From: Clostridia bacterium
GTDB lineage: Bacteria; Bacillota; Clostridia; RUG12999
Reading direction: 5' to 3'
DNA: 64,000 nt
NCBI GenBank assembly: GCA_022801925.1
Contig: JAAWTG010000007.1
Span: 211-64,210, forward strand
The notes under the pieces were generated by a model that was not told where the DNA came from, made no database searches, and worked only from the letters and a program-made list of their open reading frames with translations. Positions 28,740 through 39,074 of the stretch are shown in pieces. Each line of letters opens with the position of its first letter. The stretch's first letter is position 1. A program made the translations under genes and the position numbers.

Positions 28740-31298
28740 ATGGATAAATTACAAATGCCAAATCGTCAGGGACTTACTGGGGAGCAGGCAAGACAAGCTT
28801 TGCAAAAATATGGCCCGAACCGACTGCAGGAGGGGAAAAAAACATCACTGCCGGGGCTGTTTTTGTCACAGTTCAGCGATGTTATCACAATGGTGTTGAT
28901 TGTGGCAACCGTTGTTTCCTATTGTCTCGGAGAAATAGAAGATTCTGTCACGATTTTATTGATTTTGCTGCTCAATGGTATCTTGGGATTTGTGCAGGAA
29001 TTCAGAACAGAAAAATCCATGCAGGCGCTGAAAAAAATGGCGGCGCCTACTGCAAACGTTGTGCGCGGCGGTGAAGTGGCGCAGATTCCGGCGGAAGAAA
29101 TCGTACCGGGTGATTTGGTGATGTTGGAAACAGGTGACAGGGTGCCGGCCGACGCAGTGATTTTGGAGGAAAAAAATCTGCAGCTCAATGAATCCATATT
29201 AACAGGGGAATCCTATCCTGTGCAAAAATCAAAGGGAAGCGCGGAGGATATCGGAGCGGAACACATGGTATATATGGGCACTACGGTTACCAGCGGGCGT
29301 GGGAAAGTATGGGTGACAGGGACAGGAATGCGGACACAAATGGGGGAAGTCGCTTTCATGATGCAGGGAGCGGGAGACAGCGAAACGCCGCTGAAGAAGA
29401 AATTAAACCGTATCGGAAAAGATTTGGTTATCATTTGTCTGTTTGTTTGCATTTTGATTATTATTGCCGGTATGTGGCATGGGGAAACACTCTATAACAT
29501 GTTTTTGTCCGGCGTCAGTTTGGCGGTTGCAGCGATTCCGGAAGGACTTCCCGCCATTGTTACCGTAGCGCTTGCCATTGGCGTGCAGCGTATGCTCAAG
29601 CAAAAAGCGCTGGTGCGCAAACTGCCGGCTGTTGAAACATTGGGAAGCACAACGGTTATTTGTTCCGATAAAACAGGCACATTAACAGAAAATAAGATGA
29701 CAGTGAAAAAAGTGTTTGCTGATTTTAAATTATCGGATATTGGAGCAGTGACGGGCGCGGGCAAAACACAAAGTTTTTTGTTTGACATTGGATTGTTGTG
29801 TAACAATGCGCAGGAAGCCAAAGGGGAACTGCTGGGCGACCCGACAGAAACGGCAATTTTAGCTGCCAGCAGACTGAAAGGACATAAAATATCCGATAAA
29901 TCCAGACTGGATGAATTACCGTTTGATTCCGACCGAAAATGTATGAGCATTGTGTGTCAAGGAAACGATGGAACCAGCTATTTATATACCAAAGGCGCGC
30001 CTGACCGCGTACTACATAATTGTTCACGCGTGCAAACAGAGGAGGGCGTTAAGACGTTGACGTCTGCACAGCGGGAGGAAATCCAGCGCGCGAATGAGTC
30101 TATGGCGTCTGATGCCTACCGCGTTTTGGCATTTGCCTATAAAAAATTATCTGGTGCGCCGGCAAAGATGGAAGATTCGCTGGAAACGGATTTGATTTTC
30201 GTGGGACTGGAGGGCATGATTGACCCACCGCGACAGGAGGCAGCAGCAGCGATTGCAAGCTGCTATAAGGCGGGAATCCGACCGGTTATGATAACAGGCG
30301 ACCATAAAATCACAGCGACTGCCGTTGCAAAAGAATTGGGAATGCATGTGCCAGCGGGAAGCGTGATGGTGGGGGAAGAATTAGATGCGCTCAGCGATAT
30401 GGAATTGGAACGCAAGGTGGGCAGTATCACTGTTTTTGCGCGTGTCAGTCCAAAACATAAATTGCGTATTGTCCAGGCATATAAGCGGCAAAACCAAGTA
30501 GTCGCCATGACGGGAGACGGCGTGAATGATGCGCCGGCGCTGACAGCCGCGGATATCGGCGTAGCAATGGGACAAAGCGGGACGGATGTGGCAAAGGAAG
30601 CGGCGGATATGATTTTGACGGACGACAACTTTGCGACCATTGTTTCAGCTGTCAAGGAAGGACGGATGATTTTCGACAATATTCGCAAATTTATTAAATA
30701 TTTGTTGGCATGTAATTTGGGAGAAATACTCATCATGGGTGCGGCGGCATTTGTCGGAATGCCATTGCCGCTGATTCCAGTTCAAATTTTGTGGGTGAAT
30801 TTGGTGACAGACGGGCTTCCGGCGCTGGCGTTGGGCGTAGACCCTCCTGCGGAGGGAATCATGGAACGCAAACCGCGGCGTGCAGATGCAGGTGTGTTCT
30901 CAGGCGGGCTGGGCAGTAATATTGTGTTTTCGGGTCTGTTGATTGGCGCAGCGGCGCTGCTTTCTTTTGGGATTGCCATTTATTTTACGCATGGCAATCT
31001 GATGGCTGCACGGACAGTATGCTTTGTCACCATGATTATAACGGAACTGTTTTATGCATTTGAATGTCAGAGTGAATATCAAACAGTATTTGAAGTTGGT
31101 ATTTTTAGAAACATCTTTTTGCTGTTGGCAGTGACGGCGTCTTTGTTACTGACGATAGCAGTTCTATACGTGCCGTTTTTGTCCGGTGTGTTTAAAACCG
31201 CAGCACTAGGGATGAATGAATGGCTGATTGTTTTGCTTTGCAGCGGCATTGAAATACTTGTCAGCAGCGTTTTTGCCGCAACAAGCAAAAAGAAATAG
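28740..31298 (+). CDS. Cation-translocating P-type ATPase (Ca2+-type, YloB/SERCA-like)
   Basis: GLTGEQARQALQKYGPN, TGES, CSDKTGTLT, TGDGVNDAPAL, and about 10 TM segments. The in-frame ATG 28740 is preferred over GTG 28698 (AAGGAGG at 28721-28727). Confidence 0.9.
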   Translation: MDKLQMPNRQGLTGEQARQALQKYGPNRLQEGKKTSLPGLFLSQFSDVITMVLIVATVVSYCLGEIEDSVTILLILLLNGILGFVQEFRTEKSMQALKKMAAPTANVVRGGEVAQIPAEEIVPGDLVMLETGDRVPADAVILEEKNLQLNESILTGESYPVQKSKGSAEDIGAEHMVYMGTTVTSGRGKVWVTGTGMRTQMGEVAFMMQGAGDSETPLKKKLNRIGKDLVIICLFVCILIIIAGMWHGETLYNMFLSGVSLAVAAIPEGLPAIVTVALAIGVQRMLKQKALVRKLPAVETLGSTTVICSDKTGTLTENKMTVKKVFADFKLSDIGAVTGAGKTQSFLFDIGLLCNNAQEAKGELLGDPTETAILAASRLKGHKISDKSRLDELPFDSDRKCMSIVCQGNDGTSYLYTKGAPDRVLHNCSRVQTEEGVKTLTSAQREEIQRANESMASDAYRVLAFAYKKLSGAPAKMEDSLETDLIFVGLEGMIDPPRQEAAAAIASCYKAGIRPVMITGDHKITATAVAKELGMHVPAGSVMVGEELDALSDMELERKVGSITVFARVSPKHKLRIVQAYKRQNQVVAMTGDGVNDAPALTAADIGVAMGQSGTDVAKEAADMILTDDNFATIVSAVKEGRMIFDNIRKFIKYLLACNLGEILIMGAAAFVGMPLPLIPVQILWVNLVTDGLPALALGVDPPAEGIMERKPRRADAGVFSGGLGSNIVFSGLLIGAAALLSFGIAIYFTHGNLMAARTVCFVTMIITELFYAFECQSEYQTVFEVGIFRNIFLLLAVTASLLLTIAVLYVPFLSGVFKTAALGMNEWLIVLLCSGIEILVSSVFAATSKKK

Positions 31299-31370
31299 AA
31301 CAAATCCGCATTTCACCATATCAAGTTGGCACTCATATACTATAGGAGAACCTGATATGAGTGAAAGCGG

Positions 31371-32015
31371 GTGGTAAACTTGTTTTTGGTTTGTATTTTG
31401 TCCATTGCCGTGAGTCTGGACGCATTGGGCGTTGGGCTTGCCTATGGGATAAAAAAAATCAAAATCCCGATGAAATATAAATGGGTGATGGCAGCATTTT
31501 CTTGTTTGTATACCGGTATTGCCGTGTCAATCGGCAATGTAATAGTGAAATTTTTACCGCCGGTAATTACCAATATGATTGGCAGTCTCATTTTGGTAGG
31601 CATGGGCGTCTGGTTGTTGCTGCAAGGGATTTTGAAAAAGACGGAAGATGAAGCAGAACGGGTGCCAGAGTGCAAAACGGTGTTTGAATGGATGATTCGC
31701 TCGCTCGGTATCACCATTCAAATTACGAGAAATCCGGTGTCTGGTGACGTTGACCGTTCCGGCTGCATTGATTTGAAAGAATCATTGCTCATTGGTGCGG
31801 CGTTGTCGCTGGATATCCTCGGTGTAGGGCTGGGGTGCGCCATGATTGGTCTGAATATTTGGTTGATACCTTTCACGGTGGCGGCGGCGCAGCTTTTGTT
31901 TTTGAGCGGTGGATTGTATTTGGGAAAGGTGTTGGCAAAACGGCGAATGCGTTGGCTGGATTTTGTGCCGGGCGTCATTTTGATTGCTATTGCCATTCTG
32001 CGTCTGTTTGGATAA
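31371..32015 (+). CDS. ytaF: Sporulation membrane protein YtaF (MntP-like family)
   Basis: SIAVSLDALGVGLAYG in the N-terminal half and AALSLDILGVGLG in the C-terminal half, a duplicated motif. 214 aa, polytopic. Confidence 0.78.
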   Translation: MVNLFLVCILSIAVSLDALGVGLAYGIKKIKIPMKYKWVMAAFSCLYTGIAVSIGNVIVKFLPPVITNMIGSLILVGMGVWLLLQGILKKTEDEAERVPECKTVFEWMIRSLGITIQITRNPVSGDVDRSGCIDLKESLLIGAALSLDILGVGLGCAMIGLNIWLIPFTVAAAQLLFLSGGLYLGKVLAKRRMRWLDFVPGVILIAIAILRLFG

Positions 32016-32056
32016 AAACAGCAGAAAATGTGTCTGAAAGTTATTGATTGAAAAAA

Positions 32057-32097
32057 GAAAACAGGTCTGATGTTTTCGGAACATCAGACCTGTTTTC
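32057..32097. terminator. Bidirectional intrinsic terminator between ytaF and trpA
   Basis: 18-bp stem gaaaacaggtctgatgtt / aacatcagacctgttttc with a 5-nt loop. Confidence 0.8.
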
Positions 32098-32127
32098 ATT
32101 GTTGCGATTTTGAACACAAGGATTAGC

Positions 32128-32904
32128 TTATACCTTACATACGGCATCTTTCATGGATTTGACATATGCGGCGACCGGCTGCTGGCTGTCTTTTCCGTGC
32201 TGCTCCACAAGTTTCACAATCGCGCTGCCCACAATTGTGCCGTCCGCTTTTTGTGCCATTTCCTGCGCCTGCTGCGGTGTGGAAATGCCGAATCCAACGG
32301 CGCAGGGAACCTGAGACACTTCTTTTGCCGCGGCAACCATGGAAGCGATATCAGACTTGATTTCGCTGCGCACGCCCGTCACCCCCATGGAGGAGACAAT
32401 ATATAAAAAGCCTTCTGCCTCTTTAGCAATCATGCGAATCCGCTCATGGGAAGTGGGCGCGATAAGGGAAATCAAAGATATGCCATAGGTGTGACAAACG
32501 CCTGATATTTCGCCTTTTTCTTCATAAGGCAGGTCGGGAATGATAACGCCCGAAATACCCGTTTCCTGACACTGCCGCATGAATTTTTCCGCGCCGTATA
32601 CCACAATGGGATTGATGTAGGTCAAAAAGACCAGCGGCACATGGACGTCGCCGTTTAAGCTGCGCAGCATATCGAATATGCGGTCAATGGTGCAGCCTGC
32701 TGCCAGTGCGCGTTCATTAGCGCGCTGAATCACCACGCCTTCCGCGACAGGGTCGGAGAAGGGGACGCCCAGTTCAATCAAATCTGCGCCCGCTTCCTGC
32801 ATGGCTAAAATGAGTTCGCGCGTGGTATCTAAATCAGGGTCGCCCGCTGTGACAAAGGGAATAAATGCTTTGCCGTTTTCAAATGCTTTTTTGATATCAG
32901 TCAT
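32128..32904 (-). CDS. trpA: Tryptophan synthase alpha chain
   Basis: [24 protein letters not shown], and last position in the trp operon. Confidence 0.95.
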   Translation of the reverse strand: MTDIKKAFENGKAFIPFVTAGDPDLDTTRELILAMQEAGADLIELGVPFSDPVAEGVVIQRANERALAAGCTIDRIFDMLRSLNGDVHVPLVFLTYINPIVVYGAEKFMRQCQETGISGVIIPDLPYEEKGEISGVCHTYGISLISLIAPTSHERIRMIAKEAEGFLYIVSSMGVTGVRSEIKSDIASMVAAAKEVSQVPCAVGFGISTPQQAQEMAQKADGTIVGSAIVKLVEQHGKDSQQPVAAYVKSMKDAVCKV

Positions 32905-34081
32905 AGAGATTCACCCCCCTGTATCTTGCGATGGCGGCAACATCTTTGTCGCCGCGGCCGGATATGTTAATCACGATAATTTCGTCCTGTTTCATGGTAG
33001 GTGCGAGTTTCCTTGCATAAGCGACTGCGTGTGCGCTTTCTATTGCCGGAATGATACCCTCCGTGCGCGAGAGATATTCAAACGCGGAAACCGCTTCTTC
33101 GTCCGTAATGGGAACATAATTGGCGCGCCCCGATTCAAACAGCATGGCGTGTTCCGGCCCAATGCCCGGATAGTCTAAACCGGCGGAAATGGAATAGACC
33201 GGCGCGATTTGCCCGTCGCTGTCCTGACAGAAATAGGATTTCATGCCGTGGAAAATCCCAACGCTGCCATTTGCGATTGTGGCGGCATTTTCAGGTGTGT
33301 CAACGCCTCGTCCCGCTGCTTCGCAGCCAATGAGTTGCACCTCTTTGTCGCCGATAAATTCATAGAATGCCCCCATGGCATTGCTACCACCGCCAACGCA
33401 GGCAATCACTGCACTGGGCAGCCGTCCTTCTACGGCATAGAGCTGTTCTTTGATTTCCTTACCAATCACTTTTTGAAAATCGCGGACAATGGTCGGGAAC
33501 GGATGCGGCCCCATCACAGACCCCAAAACATAGTGTGTGTCTGAAATGCGCGCCGTCCATTCGCGCAGCGTCTCATTGACCGCATCTTTCAAGGTTTGGG
33601 TGCCGCTGGTGACGGCGTGTACCTTCGCACCCAGCAATTCCATGCGAAAGACGTTGAGCGCCTGACGGTCTGTGTCCTCTTTGCCCATGAAAATTTCGCA
33701 TTCCATGCCCATCAGGGCCGCTGCTGTTGCCGTTGCTACGCCGTGCTGTCCTGCGCCTGTTTCCGCAATCACGCGGGTTTTCCCCATCTTTTTTGCCAAA
33801 AGTACCTGTCCCAGTACGTTGTTGATTTTATGGGAGCCGGTATGGTTTAAATCCTCGCGTTTCAAATATATTTTTGCGCCGCCGAGGTCTTGCGTCATTT
33901 TCTCTGCATAGTAGAGCAGAGAGGGGCGACCTGCATAATTTCGGAGCAAGTCGTCCAATTCTGCACAAAATGCAGCATCGTTTTTATAGTGGTTATAAGC
34001 TTCTTCCAGTTCAATGACGGCATTCATCAATGTTTCAGGGATATACTGCCCGCCATAAGTACCAAATCTACCGTTGTTCAT
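32897..34081 (-). CDS. trpB: Tryptophan synthase beta chain
   Basis: [24 protein letters not shown] (PLP Lys), GGGSNAMG. Confidence 0.97.
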   Translation of the reverse strand: MNNGRFGTYGGQYIPETLMNAVIELEEAYNHYKNDAAFCAELDDLLRNYAGRPSLLYYAEKMTQDLGGAKIYLKREDLNHTGSHKINNVLGQVLLAKKMGKTRVIAETGAGQHGVATATAAALMGMECEIFMGKEDTDRQALNVFRMELLGAKVHAVTSGTQTLKDAVNETLREWTARISDTHYVLGSVMGPHPFPTIVRDFQKVIGKEIKEQLYAVEGRLPSAVIACVGGGSNAMGAFYEFIGDKEVQLIGCEAAGRGVDTPENAATIANGSVGIFHGMKSYFCQDSDGQIAPVYSISAGLDYPGIGPEHAMLFESGRANYVPITDEEAVSAFEYLSRTEGIIPAIESAHAVAYARKLAPTMKQDEIIVINISGRGDKDVAAIARYRGVNLYD

Positions 34082-34697
34082 GGGAATCTCCTTCCTTTAC
34101 TTTTTCTATAAAGTTTTTGATTTTTTCATAATCTTTTACGCCACCTGTCTCCACGCCGCTGGACACATCTACGGCATAGGGACGACAAAAACGGAAAACG
34201 TCTCCGGCATTGTCGGGTGATAAACCGCCTGCTAAAAAATAGGGCTTGGAAATGGCGGGAATCATAGACCAATCAAATGCGGTTCCACTGCCGCCCATTT
34301 GCCCTTGTGTGAATGTGTCCAGCAGCAGATAGTCGCAGGGAAGCCGGTCGCACTGCAAAATTTGTGCGGCGGACTGCACGCGCACTGCCTTGATGACAGG
34401 AAGCGTACAGTGTGCTTTGATTGCCAGAATATCCGCTTCCGTTTCGTGACCGTGAAGCTGTATGACGTCAATCGCGCCGCTTTGTGCAATGTTTAGCAGT
34501 TCCTGTATTGGCATATCGACAAATACGCCGACAGATTGTATCGCAGGGTGCAAACCGTGTCTCAGGGTGATTGCCTGTGCGGGCGTGATTTGCCGGCGGC
34601 TGGGCGCGAACACAAATCCAATATAATCAGGACGGAGTTGATTGACTATATCAATATCCTCCTGCCGCCGCAGTCCGCAGATTTTAATTTTGGTCAT
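34068..34697 (-). CDS. trpF: Phosphoribosylanthranilate isomerase
   Basis: [25 protein letters not shown], and operon position. Confidence 0.92.
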   Translation of the reverse strand: MTKIKICGLRRQEDIDIVNQLRPDYIGFVFAPSRRQITPAQAITLRHGLHPAIQSVGVFVDMPIQELLNIAQSGAIDVIQLHGHETEADILAIKAHCTLPVIKAVRVQSAAQILQCDRLPCDYLLLDTFTQGQMGGSGTAFDWSMIPAISKPYFLAGGLSPDNAGDVFRFCRPYAVDVSSGVETGGVKDYEKIKNFIEKVKEGDSHEQR

Positions 34698-35481
34698 GCG
34701 CTTCTCCTCCCAGCAGCATTTTTAGCATTGCGCCTTTATCTGCCGCGCGCATGAGGGTTTCGCCAATCAACGCCGCGCCGATATCTGCTTTGCGCAGCGC
34801 GGCAACATCGGAGGCTGTCTGAATGCCGCTTTCGGCAATGAGCAGTAGTTCCGGCGGAACCATGCGGCGCAGGGTTGCAGTGGTGTTGATATCCACATGA
34901 AAGGTTTTTAGATTGCGGTTGTTAATGCCGATAAAACGCGCACCCGCCGCCAAAGCAGATTCAATTTCTGCTTCGTTATGGGTTTCCACCAAGGCGGAAA
35001 GCCCCAAACTGTGCGCAATCTCAAGATATTCTTTCAATGTTTCGGTGTCCAGCAGGGCGCAGATAAGCAACACACAATCGGCGCCGAGCACTTTTGCTTC
35101 GTATATTTGATAGGGGTCAACCGTAAAATCTTTGCGCAGCAAGGGGAGAGAGACGGCGGCACGGATTTCTGTTAAATAGTTGTCACTGCCCAAAAAGAAT
35201 TCCGGTTCCGTTAAAACGGAAATTGCAGCCGCACCGGCGTTCTCATATTCCTTTGCGATATCGACATAGGGAAAATGTTCCGCAATCACACCTTTGGACG
35301 GCGACGCTTTTTTTACCTCGCAGACAAAGGAAAAATCGTCACTTTGCAGCGCGCGCTCAAAACGAAAGGGGGCGGCAGTGGAAATGGATTCTGCCTGCGC
35401 ACGGATTTCGGAAAATGGAATGTTTGCTTTGGCAGTTTCCACACGCCTGCGTGTGGAAACTGCAATGGTATCCAGAATCAT
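34684..35481 (-). CDS. trpC: Indole-3-glycerol phosphate synthase
   Basis: FVCEVKKASPSKG, LRKDF, INNRNL. Confidence 0.94.
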   Translation of the reverse strand: MILDTIAVSTRRRVETAKANIPFSEIRAQAESISTAAPFRFERALQSDDFSFVCEVKKASPSKGVIAEHFPYVDIAKEYENAGAAAISVLTEPEFFLGSDNYLTEIRAAVSLPLLRKDFTVDPYQIYEAKVLGADCVLLICALLDTETLKEYLEIAHSLGLSALVETHNEAEIESALAAGARFIGINNRNLKTFHVDINTTATLRRMVPPELLLIAESGIQTASDVAALRKADIGAALIGETLMRAADKGAMLKMLLGGEAHDQN

Positions 35482-36491
35482 GCGACCACCTCATTTGTCA
35501 TTGTCACAAAATCGTTTAACTTTTGTTTTGCTTTGCCGCTGTCAATCAGTTCGGCGGCATATTGTACACATTCTTGCAGCGTCAGGCTTGACGCCATGGA
35601 TAGGCAAGCCGCCGCATTGAGTAGCACAACATTGCGTTTAAATCCTTTTTTACCGTCTAAGATTTCCAGGGCAATTTGTGCATTTTCAGCAGGATTACCG
35701 CCAACTAAGTCGGCGGGTGTGCAAAGTTCAAAACCGAATTGCTGTGGGTCAAACGTAAACGTGTTGCAGCGTCCGTTTTTCACTTCGCAAACGGTGGAGG
35801 GAACGCAGAGAGAAATCTCATCAAGACCGTCTCGGCCGTGTACTGCCATAGCGCGTTTGACGCCGAGGTTCGCCAGTACCTTTGCCAGCGGTTCGACCAG
35901 ATTTTCATCATAAACGCCGAGCAATTGCAGATTTGCACCGGCGGGATTAGCGAGAGGACCCAGAATGTTAAAAATCGTCCGTGCTTTGATTTCTTTTCGC
36001 ACCGGAGCCGCATATTTCATGGAAGCGTGATAGGTAGGTGCAAACATGAAACAAATATTCAGTGTGTCCAGCACCTTTTTATTTTGTGCGGCGTCTAAGT
36101 CGATTTTCACACCCAGCGCTTCCAATAAGTCGGCGCTTCCGCATTTGCTTGATACACTGCGGTTGCCGTGCTTGGCAACTGGAATGCCTGCCGCTGCCAC
36201 AACGAAGGAAGCAACCGTGGAGATGTTGAACGTATTTGCCTCATCGCCACCGGTGCCTACAATATCCATCACATCGCGGTTTGGCGTTAATTTCGTGCAG
36301 TGCTTACGCATCACTTTGGCACAGGCGGTGATTTCCTGTGTGGTTTCACCTTTTATCCGCAGCGCTGTGAGATAGGAACCCATCTGTGCATTGGTGGCTT
36401 CGCCGCTCATGATTTCGTCCATAACGGTTTCCGCCATCTCAAAAGATAAATTATTTCCGTTCATTAATTCGTGGATTGCTTCTACAATCAT
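35478..36491 (-). CDS. trpD: Anthranilate phosphoribosyltransferase
   Basis: DIVGTGGDEANTFNIST, KHGNRSVSSKCGSAD. Confidence 0.95.
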   Translation of the reverse strand: MIVEAIHELMNGNNLSFEMAETVMDEIMSGEATNAQMGSYLTALRIKGETTQEITACAKVMRKHCTKLTPNRDVMDIVGTGGDEANTFNISTVASFVVAAAGIPVAKHGNRSVSSKCGSADLLEALGVKIDLDAAQNKKVLDTLNICFMFAPTYHASMKYAAPVRKEIKARTIFNILGPLANPAGANLQLLGVYDENLVEPLAKVLANLGVKRAMAVHGRDGLDEISLCVPSTVCEVKNGRCNTFTFDPQQFGFELCTPADLVGGNPAENAQIALEILDGKKGFKRNVVLLNAAACLSMASSLTLQECVQYAAELIDSGKAKQKLNDFVTMTNEVVA

Positions 36492-37069
36492 TTTATTTTA
36501 CCTCCAATACGCAAAAAGTTTTTTAAAATCGCAGTGCCGTTGCTGGTTAAAATAGACTCCGGGTGAAATTGCAGGCCATACATGTCGCAGTCCTTGTGTT
36601 TCACTGCCATCACTTCGCCGGAATCATCTTGTGCAATAATTTGCAGCTGCGGCGGTATTGTTTCGCGCAGCGCAACAAGAGAATGGTATCGTGCGCCGCG
36701 TATCACAGGGGGAAGCCCCTCAAACAGTTCGCAGTCGTGCGTGATATGGATATCGCTGGATTTTCCGTGAATCAATTGTTTTGCCAGCGATACCGTCGCG
36801 CCGCATACTTCACAAATTGCTTGATGACCTAAGCAAATTCCTAAAATAGGAAGTTTTCCCTGATACATTCGTATCACATCTTCGCAGATACCGGCGTCTG
36901 CCGGTTTGCCCGGCCCAGGAGAAAGAATCAGATGGGAAACGTCCATGGAAGCGATATCCGCGGCGGTAATCGCATCGTTGCGCACCACCTGAATATCAGG
37001 ATAAAGCGCACCGACCATTTGCACCAAATTATAGGAAAAACTGTCGTAGTTATCAATCAATAAAATCAT
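36488..37069 (-). CDS. trpG: Anthranilate synthase component II (glutamine amidotransferase)
   Basis: ILLIDNYDSFSYNL, GICLGHQ, FHPES. The start is set at ATG 37069, forming an ATGA overlap with the trpE stop. Confidence 0.93.
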   Translation of the reverse strand: MILLIDNYDSFSYNLVQMVGALYPDIQVVRNDAITAADIASMDVSHLILSPGPGKPADAGICEDVIRMYQGKLPILGICLGHQAICEVCGATVSLAKQLIHGKSSDIHITHDCELFEGLPPVIRGARYHSLVALRETIPPQLQIIAQDDSGEVMAVKHKDCDMYGLQFHPESILTSNGTAILKNFLRIGGKIK

Positions 37070-38529
37070 TTTTTCGTCACCTCGCTTGCACATTGGATTG
37101 CCAATTTTGCGGCAAGAGATTTGTTTTCGCTTTCGATATATTCTGTTTCCGGTACGCTGTCCGCCACAATACCGCCGCCCGCCTGCACGGTGACGGTGCC
37201 GCCGCGTTTGACCGCAGTACGAATGGTGATACAGGTGTCCAGATTGCCTGAAAAGTCAATATATCCGATTGCGCCGCCATAGATACCGCGTGCATCCGGC
37301 TCCAGTTCATCAATGATTTCGCAGGCGCGGATTTTGGGAGCGCCGGAAAGCGTACCTGCCGGCAGCAGCGCCGCAATGGTGTCACATGCATCATAGGGAG
37401 CGCGGATTTTACTTTCTACAGTGGAGGTGATGTGCATAATGCGTGAAAAACGGTTGATTTTCATATATTCCTTCACACCAACTGACCCGAATTCAGAAAT
37501 TTTCCCGAGGTCATTGCGCGCCAAGTCTACCAGCATGTTGTGTTCCGCAAGTTCTTTTTCGTCTTGCAAAAGTTCTTCCTCCAAACGGCGGTCTTCCTCT
37601 TCTGTTGCGCCGCGCGGACGGGAACCGGCGATAGGGTAGGTATAGAGTATTCCGTCCGTTAATTTTACCAATGTTTCCGGCGAGGTGCCGGTGATTTCAA
37701 TGTTGTTGCTGTGCAGGAAATACATGTAGGGCGAAGGATTGGTGGTGCGCAGCACACGATAGGCGCTCAGCAGACTGGCGTCATAGGGCGCTTCAAATTT
37801 ACGCGAAATCACCGCCTGAAAAATATCGCCCTGCCGGATATATTCCTTCGTTTTTTCCACCATAGCGCAATATTGTTCTTTGGAAACATTGCAGGTGAAC
37901 GACACGTTTTCCGGAACTTGTTCCTCCGGTAGCGGCGCGGTATCCAGAATCAGCATTTCTATTTCGTCCAAGGCGCGATAGGCGTCTTGCAGTCCGGATT
38001 CGCCTTTTGCAGTCTCCATATTGGCAATAAGATAAATCTTTTGTTTCAGATGGTCATAGGCAATGATTTTGTCAAACAACATCAGTTCCATGTCGTAAAC
38101 ATCGCTTTTTTGAAGCTTCAGTTTTGGTTCCGCATATTGAATAGATTCATAGGAAAAATAACCGACGAATCCGCCCGTGAACGGCGGTAAATCCTCAAAA
38201 CGCGGACTGGTGTAGTCTTTTAGGATAGTGCGGAGAATCTCATAAGGATTACCCTGAAAAGATTGTTTTGCCGCGCCTTCGCGCTGAAGCGTGATGTGAT
38301 TGCCTTTGCTGGTGAAGCGAACGGTGGGGTCATAGCCGAGAAAGGAGTAGCGCCCCCACTTTTCACCGCCTTCGACACTTTCCAGTAAATAATAGCAATG
38401 GCTGTGCAATGCAAGTTTGCGCAGCAAGTTGATGGGGGTGATAACATCGGCATAGATGGTGTGGCAGACCGGAATCACCTTGTAGTTCTCCAGAAAGGGG
38501 GAGAGCTGTTCATAAGTTGGGTTTAACAT
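37066..38529 (-). CDS. trpE: Anthranilate synthase component I
   Basis: Chorismate-binding family C-terminal motifs (GTLSGAPKIRA, RGIYGGAIGY). AAAGGAGTG SD. Confidence 0.95.
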   Translation of the reverse strand: MLNPTYEQLSPFLENYKVIPVCHTIYADVITPINLLRKLALHSHCYYLLESVEGGEKWGRYSFLGYDPTVRFTSKGNHITLQREGAAKQSFQGNPYEILRTILKDYTSPRFEDLPPFTGGFVGYFSYESIQYAEPKLKLQKSDVYDMELMLFDKIIAYDHLKQKIYLIANMETAKGESGLQDAYRALDEIEMLILDTAPLPEEQVPENVSFTCNVSKEQYCAMVEKTKEYIRQGDIFQAVISRKFEAPYDASLLSAYRVLRTTNPSPYMYFLHSNNIEITGTSPETLVKLTDGILYTYPIAGSRPRGATEEEDRRLEEELLQDEKELAEHNMLVDLARNDLGKISEFGSVGVKEYMKINRFSRIMHITSTVESKIRAPYDACDTIAALLPAGTLSGAPKIRACEIIDELEPDARGIYGGAIGYIDFSGNLDTCITIRTAVKRGGTVTVQAGGGIVADSVPETEYIESENKSLAAKLAIQCASEVTKK

Positions 38530-38582
38530 GCTTTTTCACTCCTTTAGACATATTCGACTTTTGTTTGCCTAACATTTTAAAA

Positions 38583-38885
38583 TACAATAAAAAAAGCTTT
38601 TGTCCTAACAATAGGACAAAAGCTACATTGCTTCTGCGGTACCACCTAAATTGACGTTCTCTTTTGGCAAGAACGCCCACTCACATTACATACTATCATA
38701 TGCATCCCGGTGGTAACGGCTGGGAACCCCGTCAGCGCCTACTTGCTTTCAAAAACGTTCGGGCTGCCCTCACGAGTCCATTCGGCAAATTTCCGTTCCG
38801 CTGCTTTTCACCTGCCGCAGCTCTCTGCTGAAACTTCCCTTTGCTTACTTCTCTCGTTCAACGGTTTTTATTGTATTTTATTGTT
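38583..38885 (-). promoter_or_regulatory. T-box riboswitch leader with a Trp (UGG) specifier, controlling trpEGDCFBA
   Basis: The minus strand shows stem I GAGAGAAGUA...AGAGAG...GGUGAAA and the specifier loop GAAUGGA (UGG = 38780..38778). It also shows the T-box sequence AAUUUAGGUGGUACCGCAG (complement of ~38634-38652) and a terminator agcttttgtcct/aggacaaaagct followed by a run of 8 T. Confidence 0.9.
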
Positions 38886-38890
38886 AATTC

Positions 38891-38919
38891 ATTGTACTAC
38901 CATGACGCGGATTTGTCAA
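38891..38919 (-). promoter_or_regulatory. Sigma-A promoter of the trp operon
   Basis: Minus strand: TTGACA (38919..38914), a 17-nt spacer, then TACAAT (38896..38891). Confidence 0.7.
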
Positions 38920-39074
38920 CCCACTTTTTTCAGCTGAACTAAAAACATGAAAAAAAATACACGGATTTTGTAAAATGTTACAACCAAATGACATGGACAG
39001 ATAAGAAAGTGCGATATGTTGATTTTGGATTGGCGTTGTGATATACTCAGGTATGAAGCAAAGGAGGGCGTGTT

